This document shows positions 1 through 9,783 of a stretch of 46,570 nucleotides of DNA, in pieces (position 1 is the first letter of the stretch; every line of letters starts with the position of its first letter). The notes beneath the pieces were generated by a model. That model made no database searches, was not told the DNA's origin, and saw nothing but the letters and a program-made list of their open reading frames with translations. Source of the stretch: a virus (taxonomy: Duplodnaviria; Heunggongvirae; Uroviricota; Caudoviricetes); IMG/VR virus record IMGVR_UViG_2537562223_000006; one strand, given 5' to 3'. The position numbers and the translations under genes are program-made.

Positions 1-1284
1 TTACTTCTTCGCCTCTGCAACCACTTTACTACCCACGCCGCGGTTATTGTATTCCCACATGCGGTTGTAGTTAGTGTCATTCAGATTGCGCTGTATTTCG
101 TCGTTATCATCTACGCTGCCGGTATTACCCGCAAACGGACGATTAGAGATCACCGCATCGGCCCACGGTTTAGCCGTGTTAAAACCTTCGTTGATGGCGC
201 TATCACGGATCACCACCTGACCGTTGGTATTGGCATCAACATCCAGCGAGCGGCCCAGTTGCGCCACACCATCACCGAAAGCATTGAAACGGCTGTTTAC
301 GGCGAGGAAACCGTAGTAAATGTTGGACAGCGTAGCCGGTGCAAACACATACGCTTCTTGCTGAGTACGTGAGTTCACCACGCGGAATTCGGTGTTATCG
401 AACACCACTGCGCCGCGACCAGAAACGATATCCACATCCCCTTCAATGTAGCTGTTGGTCACCAGCGTACGCGGCTGACGGTTGGTTTCCAGACGGTTCT
501 GCACACCGCTGTTGGTGACAAAGAAGGTGTTCTGACGACCGAGAATGTTAACGTTGTTAATCTGTACCTGGTCACCATCAGTACGCAGTGCCACCGCCGG
601 ATGGTTACCTGCATCTACGCTATCGCCCAGCGTGTTTTCGATGGTCAGATTTTGCAGTTGCAGGCCATTGTTTTGTGACCAGAAGACCGCAGAGCAGAGA
701 ACACCGATACTGTCGCTGCGTTTGCTCTGGCAGCTATCGTACATATACCACGCTGGTTTACCTGGCATATATTTGCCGCGCGGGTTGACGTCGTGACGCC
801 AGTCGGCAGGGCTCATGCCACCATCAAGGGAAAGCCCAATCTTCACATCAATCGGTTTTTCACCTGTACCGTACAGAGTAATTCCACCCGGAGCGGCAGG
901 GACATATACCGTTCCCTGATACTCACCAGGCATCACGGCAATATACTGGCGCTTGTTGGTACGCTTGATAATTGCCGCATCTACCGCCGCCTGAATCGTG
1001 GTATGCGTTACACCTTGAGTGCCCGCCGGGCCGACAACAAAGTCAGGTTGCGCAGGCAGGGTAATCGGGGAAGGATTCCACGCTGCAGCACCTGGTGTCA
1101 GGGATGCAAAATAGTGTTGAGCATCGAAATTCTGCGCTTCTTTTGCCGACAGAATCGGGCGAGAAGAGGTACCAGGCGCGGTTTGATCAGAAGGACGTTG
1201 ATCGGGCGGGGTTGAGCTACAGGCGGTCAGCGTCACGCCAAAAGCCAATGCCAGCGCCAGACGGGAAACTGAAAATGTGTTCAC
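1..1284 (-). CDS. ybhC: Host outer-membrane lipoprotein YbhC (pectinesterase-family acyl-CoA thioesterase), complete
   Basis: 427-aa ORF with lipoprotein signal (LTACSS); recalled as E. coli YbhC, the gene flanking lambda attB. Stop at 1-3. Confidence 0.9.
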   Translation of the reverse strand: MNTFSVSRLALALAFGVTLTACSSTPPDQRPSDQTAPGTSSRPILSAKEAQNFDAQHYFASLTPGAAAWNPSPITLPAQPDFVVGPAGTQGVTHTTIQAAVDAAIIKRTNKRQYIAVMPGEYQGTVYVPAAPGGITLYGTGEKPIDVKIGLSLDGGMSPADWRHDVNPRGKYMPGKPAWYMYDSCQSKRSDSIGVLCSAVFWSQNNGLQLQNLTIENTLGDSVDAGNHPAVALRTDGDQVQINNVNILGRQNTFFVTNSGVQNRLETNRQPRTLVTNSYIEGDVDIVSGRGAVVFDNTEFRVVNSRTQQEAYVFAPATLSNIYYGFLAVNSRFNAFGDGVAQLGRSLDVDANTNGQVVIRDSAINEGFNTAKPWADAVISNRPFAGNTGSVDDNDEIQRNLNDTNYNRMWEYNNRGVGSKVVAEAKK

Positions 1285-1315
1285 AGGTTGCTCCGGGCTA
1301 TGAAATAGAAAAATG

Positions 1316-1430
1316 AATCCGTTGAAGCCTGCTTTTTTATACTAAGTTGGCATTATAAAAAAGCATTGCTTATCAATTTGTTGCAACGAACAGGTCACTA
1401 TCAGTCAAAATAAAATCATTATTTGATTTC
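1316..1430. other. attL: attL (host arm, 15-bp lambda core at 1331-1345, phage P' arm)
   Basis: Core GCTTTTTTATACTAA at 1331-1345 followed by sequence recalled as the lambda attP P' arm (..ACAGGTCACTATCAGTCAAAATAAAATCATTATTTGATTTC..), directly abutting int. Confidence 0.9.
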
Positions 1431-2489
1431 AATTTTGTCCCACTCCCTGCCTCTGTCATCACGATACTGTGATGCCATGGTGTCCGACTTATGCCCGAGA
1501 AGATGTTGAGCAAACTTATCGCTTATCTGCTTCTCATAGAGTCTTGCAGACAAACTGCGCAACTCGTGAAAGGTAGGCGGATCCCCTTCGAAGGAAAGAC
1601 CTGATGCTTTTCGTGCGCGCATAAAATACCTTGATACTGTGCCGGATGAAAGCGGTTCGCGACGAGTAGATGCAATTATGGTTTCTCCGCCAAGAATCTC
1701 TTTGCATTTATCAAGTGTTTCCTTCATTGATATTCCGAGAGCATCAACATGCAATGCTGTTGGGATGGCAATTTTTACGCCTGTTTTGCTTTGCTCGACA
1801 TAAAGATATCCATCTACGATATCAGACCACTTCATTTCGCATAAATCACCAACTCGTTGCCCGGTAACAACAGCCAGTTCCATTGCAAGTCTGAGCCAAC
1901 ATGGTGATGATTCTGCTGCTTGATAAATTTTCAGGTATTCGTCAGCCGTAAGTCTTGATCTCCTTACCTCTGATTTTGCTGCGCGAGTGGCAGCGACAGG
2001 GTTTGTTGTTATATGGCCTTCAGCTATTGCCTCTCGGAATGCATCGCTCAGTGTTGATCTGATTAACTTGGCTGACGCCGCCTTGCCCTCGTCTATGTAT
2101 CCATTGAGCATTGCCGCAATTTCTTTTGTGGTGATGTCTTCAAGTGGAGCATCAGGCAGACCCCTCCTTATTGCTTTAATTTTGCTCATGTAATTTATGA
2201 GTGTCTTCTGCTTGATTCCTCTGCTGGCCAGGATTTTTTCGTAGCGATCAAGCCATGAATGTAACGTAACGGAATTATCACTGTTGATTCTCGCTGTCAG
2301 AGGCTTGTGTTTGTGTCCTGAAAATAACTCAATGTTGGCCTGTATAGCTTCAGTGATTGCGATTCGCCTGTCTCGGCCTAATCCAAACTCTTTACCCGTC
2401 CTTGGGTCCCTGTAGCAGTAATATCCATTGTTTCTTATATAAAGGTTAGGGGGTAAATCCCGGCGCTCATGACTTCGCCTTCTTCCCAT
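1419..2489 (-). CDS. int: Lambda-type integrase (tyrosine recombinase)
   Basis: 356-aa ORF starting MGRRRSHERRDLPPNLYIRNNGYYCYRDPRTGKEF; near-identical to lambda Int by recall; ATG at 2489. Confidence 0.97.
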   Translation of the reverse strand: MGRRRSHERRDLPPNLYIRNNGYYCYRDPRTGKEFGLGRDRRIAITEAIQANIELFSGHKHKPLTARINSDNSVTLHSWLDRYEKILASRGIKQKTLINYMSKIKAIRRGLPDAPLEDITTKEIAAMLNGYIDEGKAASAKLIRSTLSDAFREAIAEGHITTNPVAATRAAKSEVRRSRLTADEYLKIYQAAESSPCWLRLAMELAVVTGQRVGDLCEMKWSDIVDGYLYVEQSKTGVKIAIPTALHVDALGISMKETLDKCKEILGGETIIASTRREPLSSGTVSRYFMRARKASGLSFEGDPPTFHELRSLSARLYEKQISDKFAQHLLGHKSDTMASQYRDDRGREWDKIEIK

Positions 2490-2599
2490 TTCTGATCCTC
2501 TTCAAAAGGCTACCTGTTACTGGTCGATTTAAGTCAACCTTTACCGCTGATTCGTGGAACAGATATTCTCTTCCATCCTTAACCGGAGGAGGGAATATC
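2467..2599 (-). pseudogene. xis: Excisionase xis, 3' fragment (codons ~31-72), separated from its 5' part by the IS insertion
   Basis: Reverse strand translates ..IFPPPVKDGREYLFHESAVKVDLNRPVTGSLLKRIRNGKKAKS*, stop overlapping int start as in lambda. Confidence 0.9.
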
Positions 2600-2671
2600 T
2601 GAAGTGGTTTACTGAATTTGGCCACCTGAACAAAGGTGATATGCTCACCTCAGAACAACACAGGTGTCATA

Positions 2672-3840
<1,169 letters not shown>

Positions 3841-3848
3841 CCACTTCA

Positions 3849-3937
3849 ATCCTGCATTCGCGCACCCATCGACGAACTGTTTCAAGGCTTCTTGGGCGTC
3901 GCTGGCGAGCGTTCCACTCCTGAAGTGTCAAGTACAT
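3849..3937 (-). pseudogene. xis: Excisionase xis, 5' fragment (codons 1-30), interrupted by the IS insertion
   Basis: Reverse strand from ATG at 3937 translates MYLTLQEWNARQRRPRSLETVRRWVRECRI, the lambda Xis N-terminus; the two fragments plus one copy of the 3-bp duplication sum to 219 nt (72 codons + stop). Confidence 0.9.
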
Positions 3938-3976
3938 CGCAAAGTCTCCGCAATTACACGCAAGAAAAAACCGCCA

Positions 3977-4144
3977 TCAGGCGGCTTGGTGTTCTTTCAG
4001 TTCTTCAATTCGAATATTGGTTACGTCTGCATGTGCTATCTGCGCCCACAGCATCCAGTGGTCATAGCAGTCGCTGATGTTCTCGGCTTCGATAACTCTG
4101 TTGAATGGTTCTCCATTCCATTCACCTGTGACTCGGAAGTGCAT
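3977..4144 (-). CDS. Small hypothetical phage protein (55 aa), orf55-like, upstream of xis
   Basis: ATG at 4144 preceded by GGAG; MHFRVTGEWNGEPFNRVIEAENISDCYDHWMLWAQIAHADVTNIRIEELKEHQAA; below the 60-aa cutoff of the ORF track. Confidence 0.6.
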   Translation of the reverse strand: MHFRVTGEWNGEPFNRVIEAENISDCYDHWMLWAQIAHADVTNIRIEELKEHQAA

Positions 4145-4458
4145 TTATCATCTCCATAAAACAAAACCCGCCGTAGCGAGTTCAGATAAAAGAAATCCTC
4201 GTCAGTGCGAGGATGCTGTTCATTGCTGCTATACACTTTTTTGCTCTCAACGTAAGCGGTAGCCCATTCTGTTGGGTTGGTGCAGTTGCTTTTAGGAAAT
4301 GCTATTTACCCCTTAAATGTCGGCTGAAAGAGCTAAAATCCATGCAAAAAATTTACGCAATTTTGTGTATTATTGTGCAGTAAGTAATGAGCTATTTTCT
4401 GCGCAAAAAATGGATGGTAAATTTGTCCGGGTCAGGAAAAATTTTATGGGCGCTAAAC

Positions 4459-4989
4459 ATGAAAAAAGATTCGTATCCTTATTTGATTTGCATGACAGTT
4501 TCAGGGCTGATCTTTATTTTCCTTTTCTTCTGGTGGCGGGCAGATATCTACAGGGTCACGTTTCTTAATCAGAGTATATCCCACTATTACATTCTGTTTA
4601 GCATGGGAATAGCTTTTCTGTTATCTCTGTTTTGGGTTAAGAAGGGGATAGTAAAACAAAGCGGCTGGAAGAGTCTGTCAGCATACCTTAAGGTTTATGC
4701 AGGGATGTGCATATTTGCTGGATTTTTTCTGATTATACCCCTTACGACACTAACTTATTTTTTGCCTGGAGAGACATCGTCTTATGTTGCACCGTATCGG
4801 TATACTTCCGGTAGTTCAAAAAGTTGTTCTGGAGCTGAGGTGGATGACCCCGATCTACATGAGAATATTCGCATTTGCTATCCGTATGGCAATTATGAGT
4901 ACGATAATATTATCTATGTTGAAAAGAAAATTAATATATTAGGTGCGGTAGTGACATATGCACAGACCGCGCGTGATGATACTGAATGA
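4459..4989 (+). CDS. Hypothetical integral membrane protein (~4 predicted TM helices plus ~70-aa C-terminal soluble tail); AT-rich moron
   Basis: Long ORF (track 4387-4989); ATG at 4459 gives MKKDSYPYLICMTVSGLIFIFLFFWW..; hydrophobic segments; opposite strand to surrounding early genes; low GC by eye. Confidence 0.6.
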   Translation: MKKDSYPYLICMTVSGLIFIFLFFWWRADIYRVTFLNQSISHYYILFSMGIAFLLSLFWVKKGIVKQSGWKSLSAYLKVYAGMCIFAGFFLIIPLTTLTYFLPGETSSYVAPYRYTSGSSKSCSGAEVDDPDLHENIRICYPYGNYEYDNIIYVEKKINILGAVVTYAQTARDDTE

Positions 4990-5023
4990 TATAGTATATA
5001 GCGGGCAAGTTTTAGTTAATTTA

Positions 5024-5048
5024 TCGAGGTAATATAATTTACCTCGAC
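5024..5048. terminator. Perfect 9-bp stem hairpin (TCGAGGTAA / TTACCTCGA) between convergent genes; possible bidirectional terminator
   Basis: tcgaggtaatataatttacctcga followed by T-containing tract; lies between the ends of the membrane-protein gene and the TraR-like gene. Confidence 0.4.
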
Positions 5049-5199
5049 TCGTTTGTTCTGGTATTAATATTTCGCTTTACGACCGATTTTTATCTGATGA
5101 TATCATGCGGTTTTCATATACTGACTTACTGTCTTTTCTCCGTTAGCGATTTTCTCCTGCTCAGCGATGATTTTATCTTTGGCTTCTAGTTAATTTCGC

Positions 5200-5421
5200 T
5201 CACTTCGAACCTCTCTGTTTACTGATAAGCTCCAGATCTTGCTGGCAACTGGCACAAGTCCGACAACCCTGAACGGCCAGTCGTCTTCGTTCATCTATCG
5301 GATCGCCACACTCACAACAATGAGTGGCAGATATAGCCTGGTGGTTCAGGCGGCGCATTTTTATTGCTGTGTTGCGCTGTAATTCTTCAATTTCTGATGC
5401 TGAATCAATTATGTCTGCCAT
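5200..5421 (-). CDS. TraR/DksA-family C4 zinc-finger protein
   Basis: 73 aa; CxxC..(17)..CxxC motif (CCECGDPIDERRRLAVQGCRTCASC), typical of phage TraR-like proteins. Confidence 0.8.
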   Translation of the reverse strand: MADIIDSASEIEELQRNTAIKMRRLNHQAISATHCCECGDPIDERRRLAVQGCRTCASCQQDLELISKQRGSK

Positions 5422-5519
5422 CTTTCATTAATCCCTGAATTGTTGGTTAATACGCTTGAGGGTGAATGCGAATAATAAAAAAGGAGCCTGTAGCTCCCTG
5501 ATGATTTTGCTTTTCATGT

Positions 5520-5735
5520 TCACCGTTCCTTAAAGACGCCGTTTAACATACCGATTGCCAGACTTAAGTGAGTCGGTGTGAATCCCATCAGCGTTACCGT
5601 TTCGCGGTGCTTCTTTAGTACGCTACGGCAAATGTCATTGACGTTTTTATCCGGAAACTGCTGTCTGGCTTTTTTGATTTCATAATTAGCCTGACGGGCA
5701 ATGCTGCGAAGGGCGTTATTATGTTCTATTGTCAT
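5520..5735 (-). CDS. Small conserved early protein, lambda orf60a-like
   Basis: ATG at 5735 with GAGG RBS, coupled to the upstream gene stop; MTIEHNNALRSIARQANYEIKKARQQFPDKNVNDICRSVLKKHRETVTLMGFTPTHLSLAIGMLNGVFKER. Confidence 0.6.
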   Translation of the reverse strand: MTIEHNNALRSIARQANYEIKKARQQFPDKNVNDICRSVLKKHRETVTLMGFTPTHLSLAIGMLNGVFKER

Positions 5736-5742
5736 ATTGGCC

Positions 5743-6495
5743 TCACACTTCGAATGCCAGTTGAGGGGTAAAGACGTCCCGTTCAGCGTTGTAATTAAGT
5801 GAACTGGCACTGTTGAATGATTCAATGCGTTCCACAAGAACTTGCGTACGGGTTTCTTTACTTGCGGGAGCATATGGCGAACCTACCCAGGATTTGTCGA
5901 TGCCTATATTTCTTGCGACGTTCGTGCTGTCTGCAGACGAAAGCGGTACATGAGTAAAAATGTCTTTATTTAACATCCGTAACCCATGAATCTTGGTGAT
6001 TGGGTAGCCGTACTGATCTACAACATGACGTATAAGATCGCGTAGTTTAGCCCGACACGCTCTCGGTCGTTTTGCATCGTATTCCCCCATCGAGCCGATG
6101 CAGACGCGGGGAAACTCATGGCACAGACGAATAAATCGCTCATCTGGTTCGTTCATGTGCCACACCGGAGCACCAATAAATTTACCGTGAGGCCATGCCG
6201 CAATCAGGGCGTCATTCTCTTCACTGGTTCCGCCGATAACATCCGGGATAACCGCGAATGAGAAACGAGGGTGATTGCCCCAGCGTTCAACAAATCTGTA
6301 ATATTCATTCCAGTCTACGGCCTTGTTTTTTGTCCAGAATGTGAATGCACCATTATCAAGAGCAAATGATTGGGTGACTTCGGAAGCCAGATCAATCTGA
6401 GCTGGATTAGCAAAACTGATGAATGCGTGTCTGCCTTTCCAGGCTTTCAACGCACAGGTATCGGGAGTTATTGGACCACCGTGAAAATGAATCAT
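5743..6495 (-). CDS. Hypothetical early protein, 250 aa, unknown function
   Basis: Uninterrupted ORF (MIHFHGGPITPDTCALKAW..) in the leftward operon directly downstream of exo; no family confidently recognised. Confidence 0.6.
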   Translation of the reverse strand: MIHFHGGPITPDTCALKAWKGRHAFISFANPAQIDLASEVTQSFALDNGAFTFWTKNKAVDWNEYYRFVERWGNHPRFSFAVIPDVIGGTSEENDALIAAWPHGKFIGAPVWHMNEPDERFIRLCHEFPRVCIGSMGEYDAKRPRACRAKLRDLIRHVVDQYGYPITKIHGLRMLNKDIFTHVPLSSADSTNVARNIGIDKSWVGSPYAPASKETRTQVLVERIESFNSASSLNYNAERDVFTPQLAFEV

Positions 6496-6646
6496 ACACT
6501 CTCCCGTTTATTATTTATCTCCTCAGCCAGCCGCTGGGCTTTCAGCGGATTTCGGATAACAGAAAGGCCGGGAAATACCCAGCCTCGCTTTGTAACGGAG
6601 TAGACGAAAGTGATCGCGCCTACCCGGATATTATCGTGAGGATGCG

Positions 6647-7327
6647 TCATCGCCATTGCTCCCCAAATACAAAACCAATTTCAGCCAGTGCCTCGTCCAT
6701 TTTTTCGATGAACTCCGGCACCATCTCGTCAAAACTCGCTATGTACTTTTCATCCCGCTCAACCACGACATAATGCAGGCCTTCACGCTTCATACGCGGG
6801 TCATAGTTGGCAAAGTGCCAGGCATCTTTTCGCGTCACCCACATGCTGTACTGCACCTGGGCCATGTAAGCCGACTTTATGGCCTCGAAACCACCGAGCC
6901 GGAACTTCATGAAATCCCGGGAGGTAAACGGGCATTTCAGCTCAAGACCATTGCCGTCACTGCATAAACCATCGGGAGAGCAGGCGGTGCGCATACTTTC
7001 GTCGCGATAGATGATCGGGGATTCAGTAACATTCACGCCGGAAGTGAATTCAAACAGGGTTCTGGCGTCGTTCTCGTACTGTTTTCCCCAGGCCAGCGCC
7101 TTAGCATTAACTTCCGGAGCCACACCGGTGCAAACCTCAGCCAGCAGGGTGTGGAAGTAGGACATTTTCATGTCAGGCCACTTCTTTCCTGATCGGGGCT
7201 TTGCTATCACGTTGTGAACTTCTGAAGCGGTGATGACGCCGAGCCGTAATTTGTGCCATGCATCATCCCCCTGTTCGACAGCTCTCACGTCGATCCCGGT
7301 ACGCTGCAGGATAATGTCCGGTGTCAT
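6647..7327 (-). CDS. exo: Lambda exonuclease (Red-alpha)
   Basis: 226 aa, [65 protein letters not shown]..; near-identical to lambda Exo by recall. Confidence 0.97.
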   Translation of the reverse strand: MTPDIILQRTGIDVRAVEQGDDAWHKLRLGVITASEVHNVIAKPRSGKKWPDMKMSYFHTLLAEVCTGVAPEVNAKALAWGKQYENDARTLFEFTSGVNVTESPIIYRDESMRTACSPDGLCSDGNGLELKCPFTSRDFMKFRLGGFEAIKSAYMAQVQYSMWVTRKDAWHFANYDPRMKREGLHYVVVERDEKYIASFDEMVPEFIEKMDEALAEIGFVFGEQWR

Positions 7328-8109
7328 GCTGCCACCTTCTGCTCAGTGGCTTTCTGTTTCAGGAATCCAAGAGCTTTCACTGCTTCGGCCTGTGTCAGTT
7401 CTGACGATGCGCGAATGTCGCGGCGAAATATCTGGGAACAGAGCGGCAATAAGTCGTCATCCCATGTTTTATCCAGGGCGATCAGCAGAGTGTTAATCTC
7501 CTGCATGGTTTCATCGTTAACCGGAGTGATGTCGCGTTCTGGCTGACGTTCTGCAGTGTATGCAGTATTTTCGACAATGCGCTCGGCTTCATCCTTGTCA
7601 TAGATACCAGCAAATCCGAAGGCCAGACGGGCACACTGAATCATGGCTTTATGCCGTAACATCCGTTTGGGATGCGACTGCCACGGCCCCGTGATTTCTC
7701 TGCCTTCGCGGGTTTTGAATGGTTCGCGGCGGCATTCATCCATCCATTCGGTAACGCAGATCGGATGATTACGGTCCTTGCGGTAAATCCGGCATGTACA
7801 GGATTCATTGTCCTGCTCAAAGTCCATGCCATCAAACTGCTGGTTTTCATTGATGATGCGGGACCAGCCATCAACGCCCACCACCGGAACAATGCCGTTC
7901 TGCTTATCAGGGAAGGCGTAAATTTCTTTCGTCCACGGATTAAGGCCGTACTGGTTGGCGACGATCAACAATGCGATGAACTGCGCATCGCTGGCATCAC
8001 CTTTAAATGCCGTCTGGCGAAGAGTGGTGATCAGTTCCTGTGGGTCGACAGAATCCATGCCGACACGTTCAGCCAGCTTCCCTGCCAGCGTTGCGAGTGC
8101 TGTACTCAT
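7324..8109 (-). CDS. bet: Lambda Bet (Red-beta single-strand annealing protein)
   Basis: 261 aa, [66 protein letters not shown]..; 4-nt overlap with exo as in lambda. Confidence 0.97.
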   Translation of the reverse strand: MSTALATLAGKLAERVGMDSVDPQELITTLRQTAFKGDASDAQFIALLIVANQYGLNPWTKEIYAFPDKQNGIVPVVGVDGWSRIINENQQFDGMDFEQDNESCTCRIYRKDRNHPICVTEWMDECRREPFKTREGREITGPWQSHPKRMLRHKAMIQCARLAFGFAGIYDKDEAERIVENTAYTAERQPERDITPVNDETMQEINTLLIALDKTWDDDLLPLCSQIFRRDIRASSELTQAEAVKALGFLKQKATEQKVAA

Positions 8110-8114
8110 CCGTT

Positions 8115-8411
8115 TTATACCTCTGAATCAATATCAAACTGGTGGTGAGCAATGGTTTCAACCATGTACCGGATGTGTTCTGCCATGCGCTCCTGAAACT
8201 CAACATCGTCATCAAACGCACGGGTAATGGCTTTTTTGCTGGCCCCGTGGCGTTGCAAATGATCGATGCATAGCGATTCAAACAGGTGCTGGGGCAGGCC
8301 TTTTTCCATGTCGTCTGCCAGTTCTGCCTCTTTCTCTTCACGGGCGATCTGCTGGTAGTGACGTGCCCAGCTCTGAGCCTCAAGACGATCCTGAATGTAA
8401 TAAGCGTTCAT
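8115..8411 (-). CDS. gam: Gam (RecBCD inhibitor), short GamS-length form
   Basis: 98 aa [60 protein letters not shown]..; the upstream frame hits a TAA with no start codon, so no long-form N-terminus. Confidence 0.93.
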   Translation of the reverse strand: MNAYYIQDRLEAQSWARHYQQIAREEKEAELADDMEKGLPQHLFESLCIDHLQRHGASKKAITRAFDDDVEFQERMAEHIRYMVETIAHHQFDIDSEV

Positions 8412-8486
8412 GGCTGAACTCCTGAAAATGGCTGTGAAAATATCGCCCGCGAAATGCCAGGCTGATTAGGAAAACAGGAAAGGGGA

Positions 8487-8777
8487 TTAGTGATTGAGGC
8501 CGTTACCGCGTCCGTCGAGAAAAACTTCCACGAGCAAATCACGGGTATAAGTGCGCTCGATGCCGCGATGCAGATAAAGCCGTCCGCGTAAATTAGCTGA
8601 TGCAGTCCAGGTACCATCTTTGTGTTTGACCAGCATTCCTGGCATGACCGCACCGCGATTAACGGTCTGCGTTCCGTAATGTTGATGAACCATAAAAACT
8701 CCTGCCCGTAAGCTGGGCTGCTGAACATATAGAGACTTCTGCGCGTATTCAGGCGGTGGATGGCCGCCGGTTGTCAT
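8487..8777 (-). CDS. Hypothetical early protein in the kil/cIII position (96 aa from ATG 8777; frame stays open to a TTG at 8897)
   Basis: ATG at 8777 with GAGG RBS; [35 protein letters not shown]..; first gene downstream of the putative PL. Confidence 0.5.
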   Translation of the reverse strand: MTTGGHPPPEYAQKSLYVQQPSLRAGVFMVHQHYGTQTVNRGAVMPGMLVKHKDGTWTASANLRGRLYLHRGIERTYTRDLLVEVFLDGRGNGLNH

Positions 8778-8939
8778 AACTAAGCCGCCTCGTTGAAGCG
8801 ACTGAGGTATAAAGTGTTGTGTTGATTTCAGCTGGTCACACCGACGTTCACGCGTCCGTTTCACCCCTCGCACTCCCCGAAGCCTGCTGAAATTCAAACT
8901 GCGGATCTAAGCGGTCATCGCAACGGTGAAACAGGTGGT

Positions 8940-9060
8940 TACCGTATCGTTGTGTCGTTGCGATGAATTTATTTAAAACTATAGTTGTTTTATCGTCAAC
9001 AACAAAAGTTGTTTTGTCGGTTGTTCTAAATATAACTGGTTGTATTTAGGATGGATTTAT
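8940..9060 (-). promoter_or_regulatory. Putative OL/PL: leftward promoter (-35 TTGACG at 8994-8999, -10 TTAAAT at 8971-8976, 17-bp spacer) embedded in GTTGTT/AACAAC operator palindromes
   Basis: gtcAACAACaaaaGTTGTTttgtcgGTTGTTc repeats; architecture mirrors the OR/PR region (TTGTTGAC..AACAAC.ATAGTTTT). Confidence 0.55.
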
Positions 9061-9124
9061 TTTGTGACTTGCATCGCATAGCGATAACTGAAGTGAGGTG
9101 TGGTGGTTTTTTGGACGGTATGAG

Positions 9125-9165
9125 TTATGAGGGGGAGGAAAAGAAAACCCGGCGCGGTTGCCGGG
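9125..9165 (-). terminator. Rho-independent terminator downstream of the lipoprotein gene (end of cI-lipoprotein transcription unit)
   Basis: Hairpin CCCGGCGCGGTTGCCGGG (9148-9165); on the reverse strand it is followed by TTTTCTTTTCC. Confidence 0.7.
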
Positions 9166-9173
9166 TATGATTA

Positions 9174-9554
9174 TCAGTCAGCCCAACCTGATTTCGAGTT
9201 TATTTGGGTTTCTGACATTGTGTATTTCTTAATCGTGTCATCGTTAAAAAGAATAGTAAGTTCTTTTTTCGTACCGTTCGTTCCATTATGGAATAATCCA
9301 TAGAATGGAATAAAAGTGGTGCCATTAACTTTTACTTTTGCAAAGGCGTACTTCCAGATCTCGTTTCCACTGTCAGTATATGAAACAGCATCAGGAGAAC
9401 CAAAGTAAGATTTAACCTCATTCTTGGTTGTTTTACCTTCCTGAAGTTTAGACTGGACACTAATTTCAGTTTCATTTTTGAGTTGCTGGTTGCCTGAAGA
9501 AGCACACCCAGCCAATACAGATGCCATCATGGCAGCGATTAGGATTTTTCTCAT
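9174..9554 (-). CDS. Lipoprotein (BamE/SmpA-OmlA-like fold suspected), AT-rich moron downstream of cI in the rexAB position
   Basis: Signal peptide with lipobox (MRKILIAAMMASVLAGCASS); 126 aa; same strand as cI and downstream of it; low GC by eye. Confidence 0.75.
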   Translation of the reverse strand: MRKILIAAMMASVLAGCASSGNQQLKNETEISVQSKLQEGKTTKNEVKSYFGSPDAVSYTDSGNEIWKYAFAKVKVNGTTFIPFYGLFHNGTNGTKKELTILFNDDTIKKYTMSETQINSKSGWAD

Positions 9555-9783
9555 TTTATGTTTCCATTCATTATAATCAGAAACATCTTAACATAATGAT
9601 TCGAAATAAAAACCGCTACGAGATAGGGGGACATTTTGCTGACAGTAGCAACAAATCTCAGCTAACAACGAGAATATTTACTGAAATATGCAAACAGATT
9701 TGGCGTTCTTATAGAGAATTTAGTGCAATATCTAATCCGAGTGGTATAAACCTTAACCTTCGCTCCCTTAAGTCGTAGATAAA

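Noticed and set aside
545-1316. Plus-strand ORFs (545-796, 793-1215, 1095-1316) within the ybhC region
   Set aside because: Antisense to the complete 427-aa ybhC gene; no supporting start signals.
4180-4212. Hairpin ATCCTCGtcagtgCGAGGAT with a T-rich tract on the reverse strand, a possible early-leftward terminator before orf55/xis/int
   Set aside because: The stem is short and the context ambiguous; it could equally be a coincidental palindrome in AT-rich DNA.
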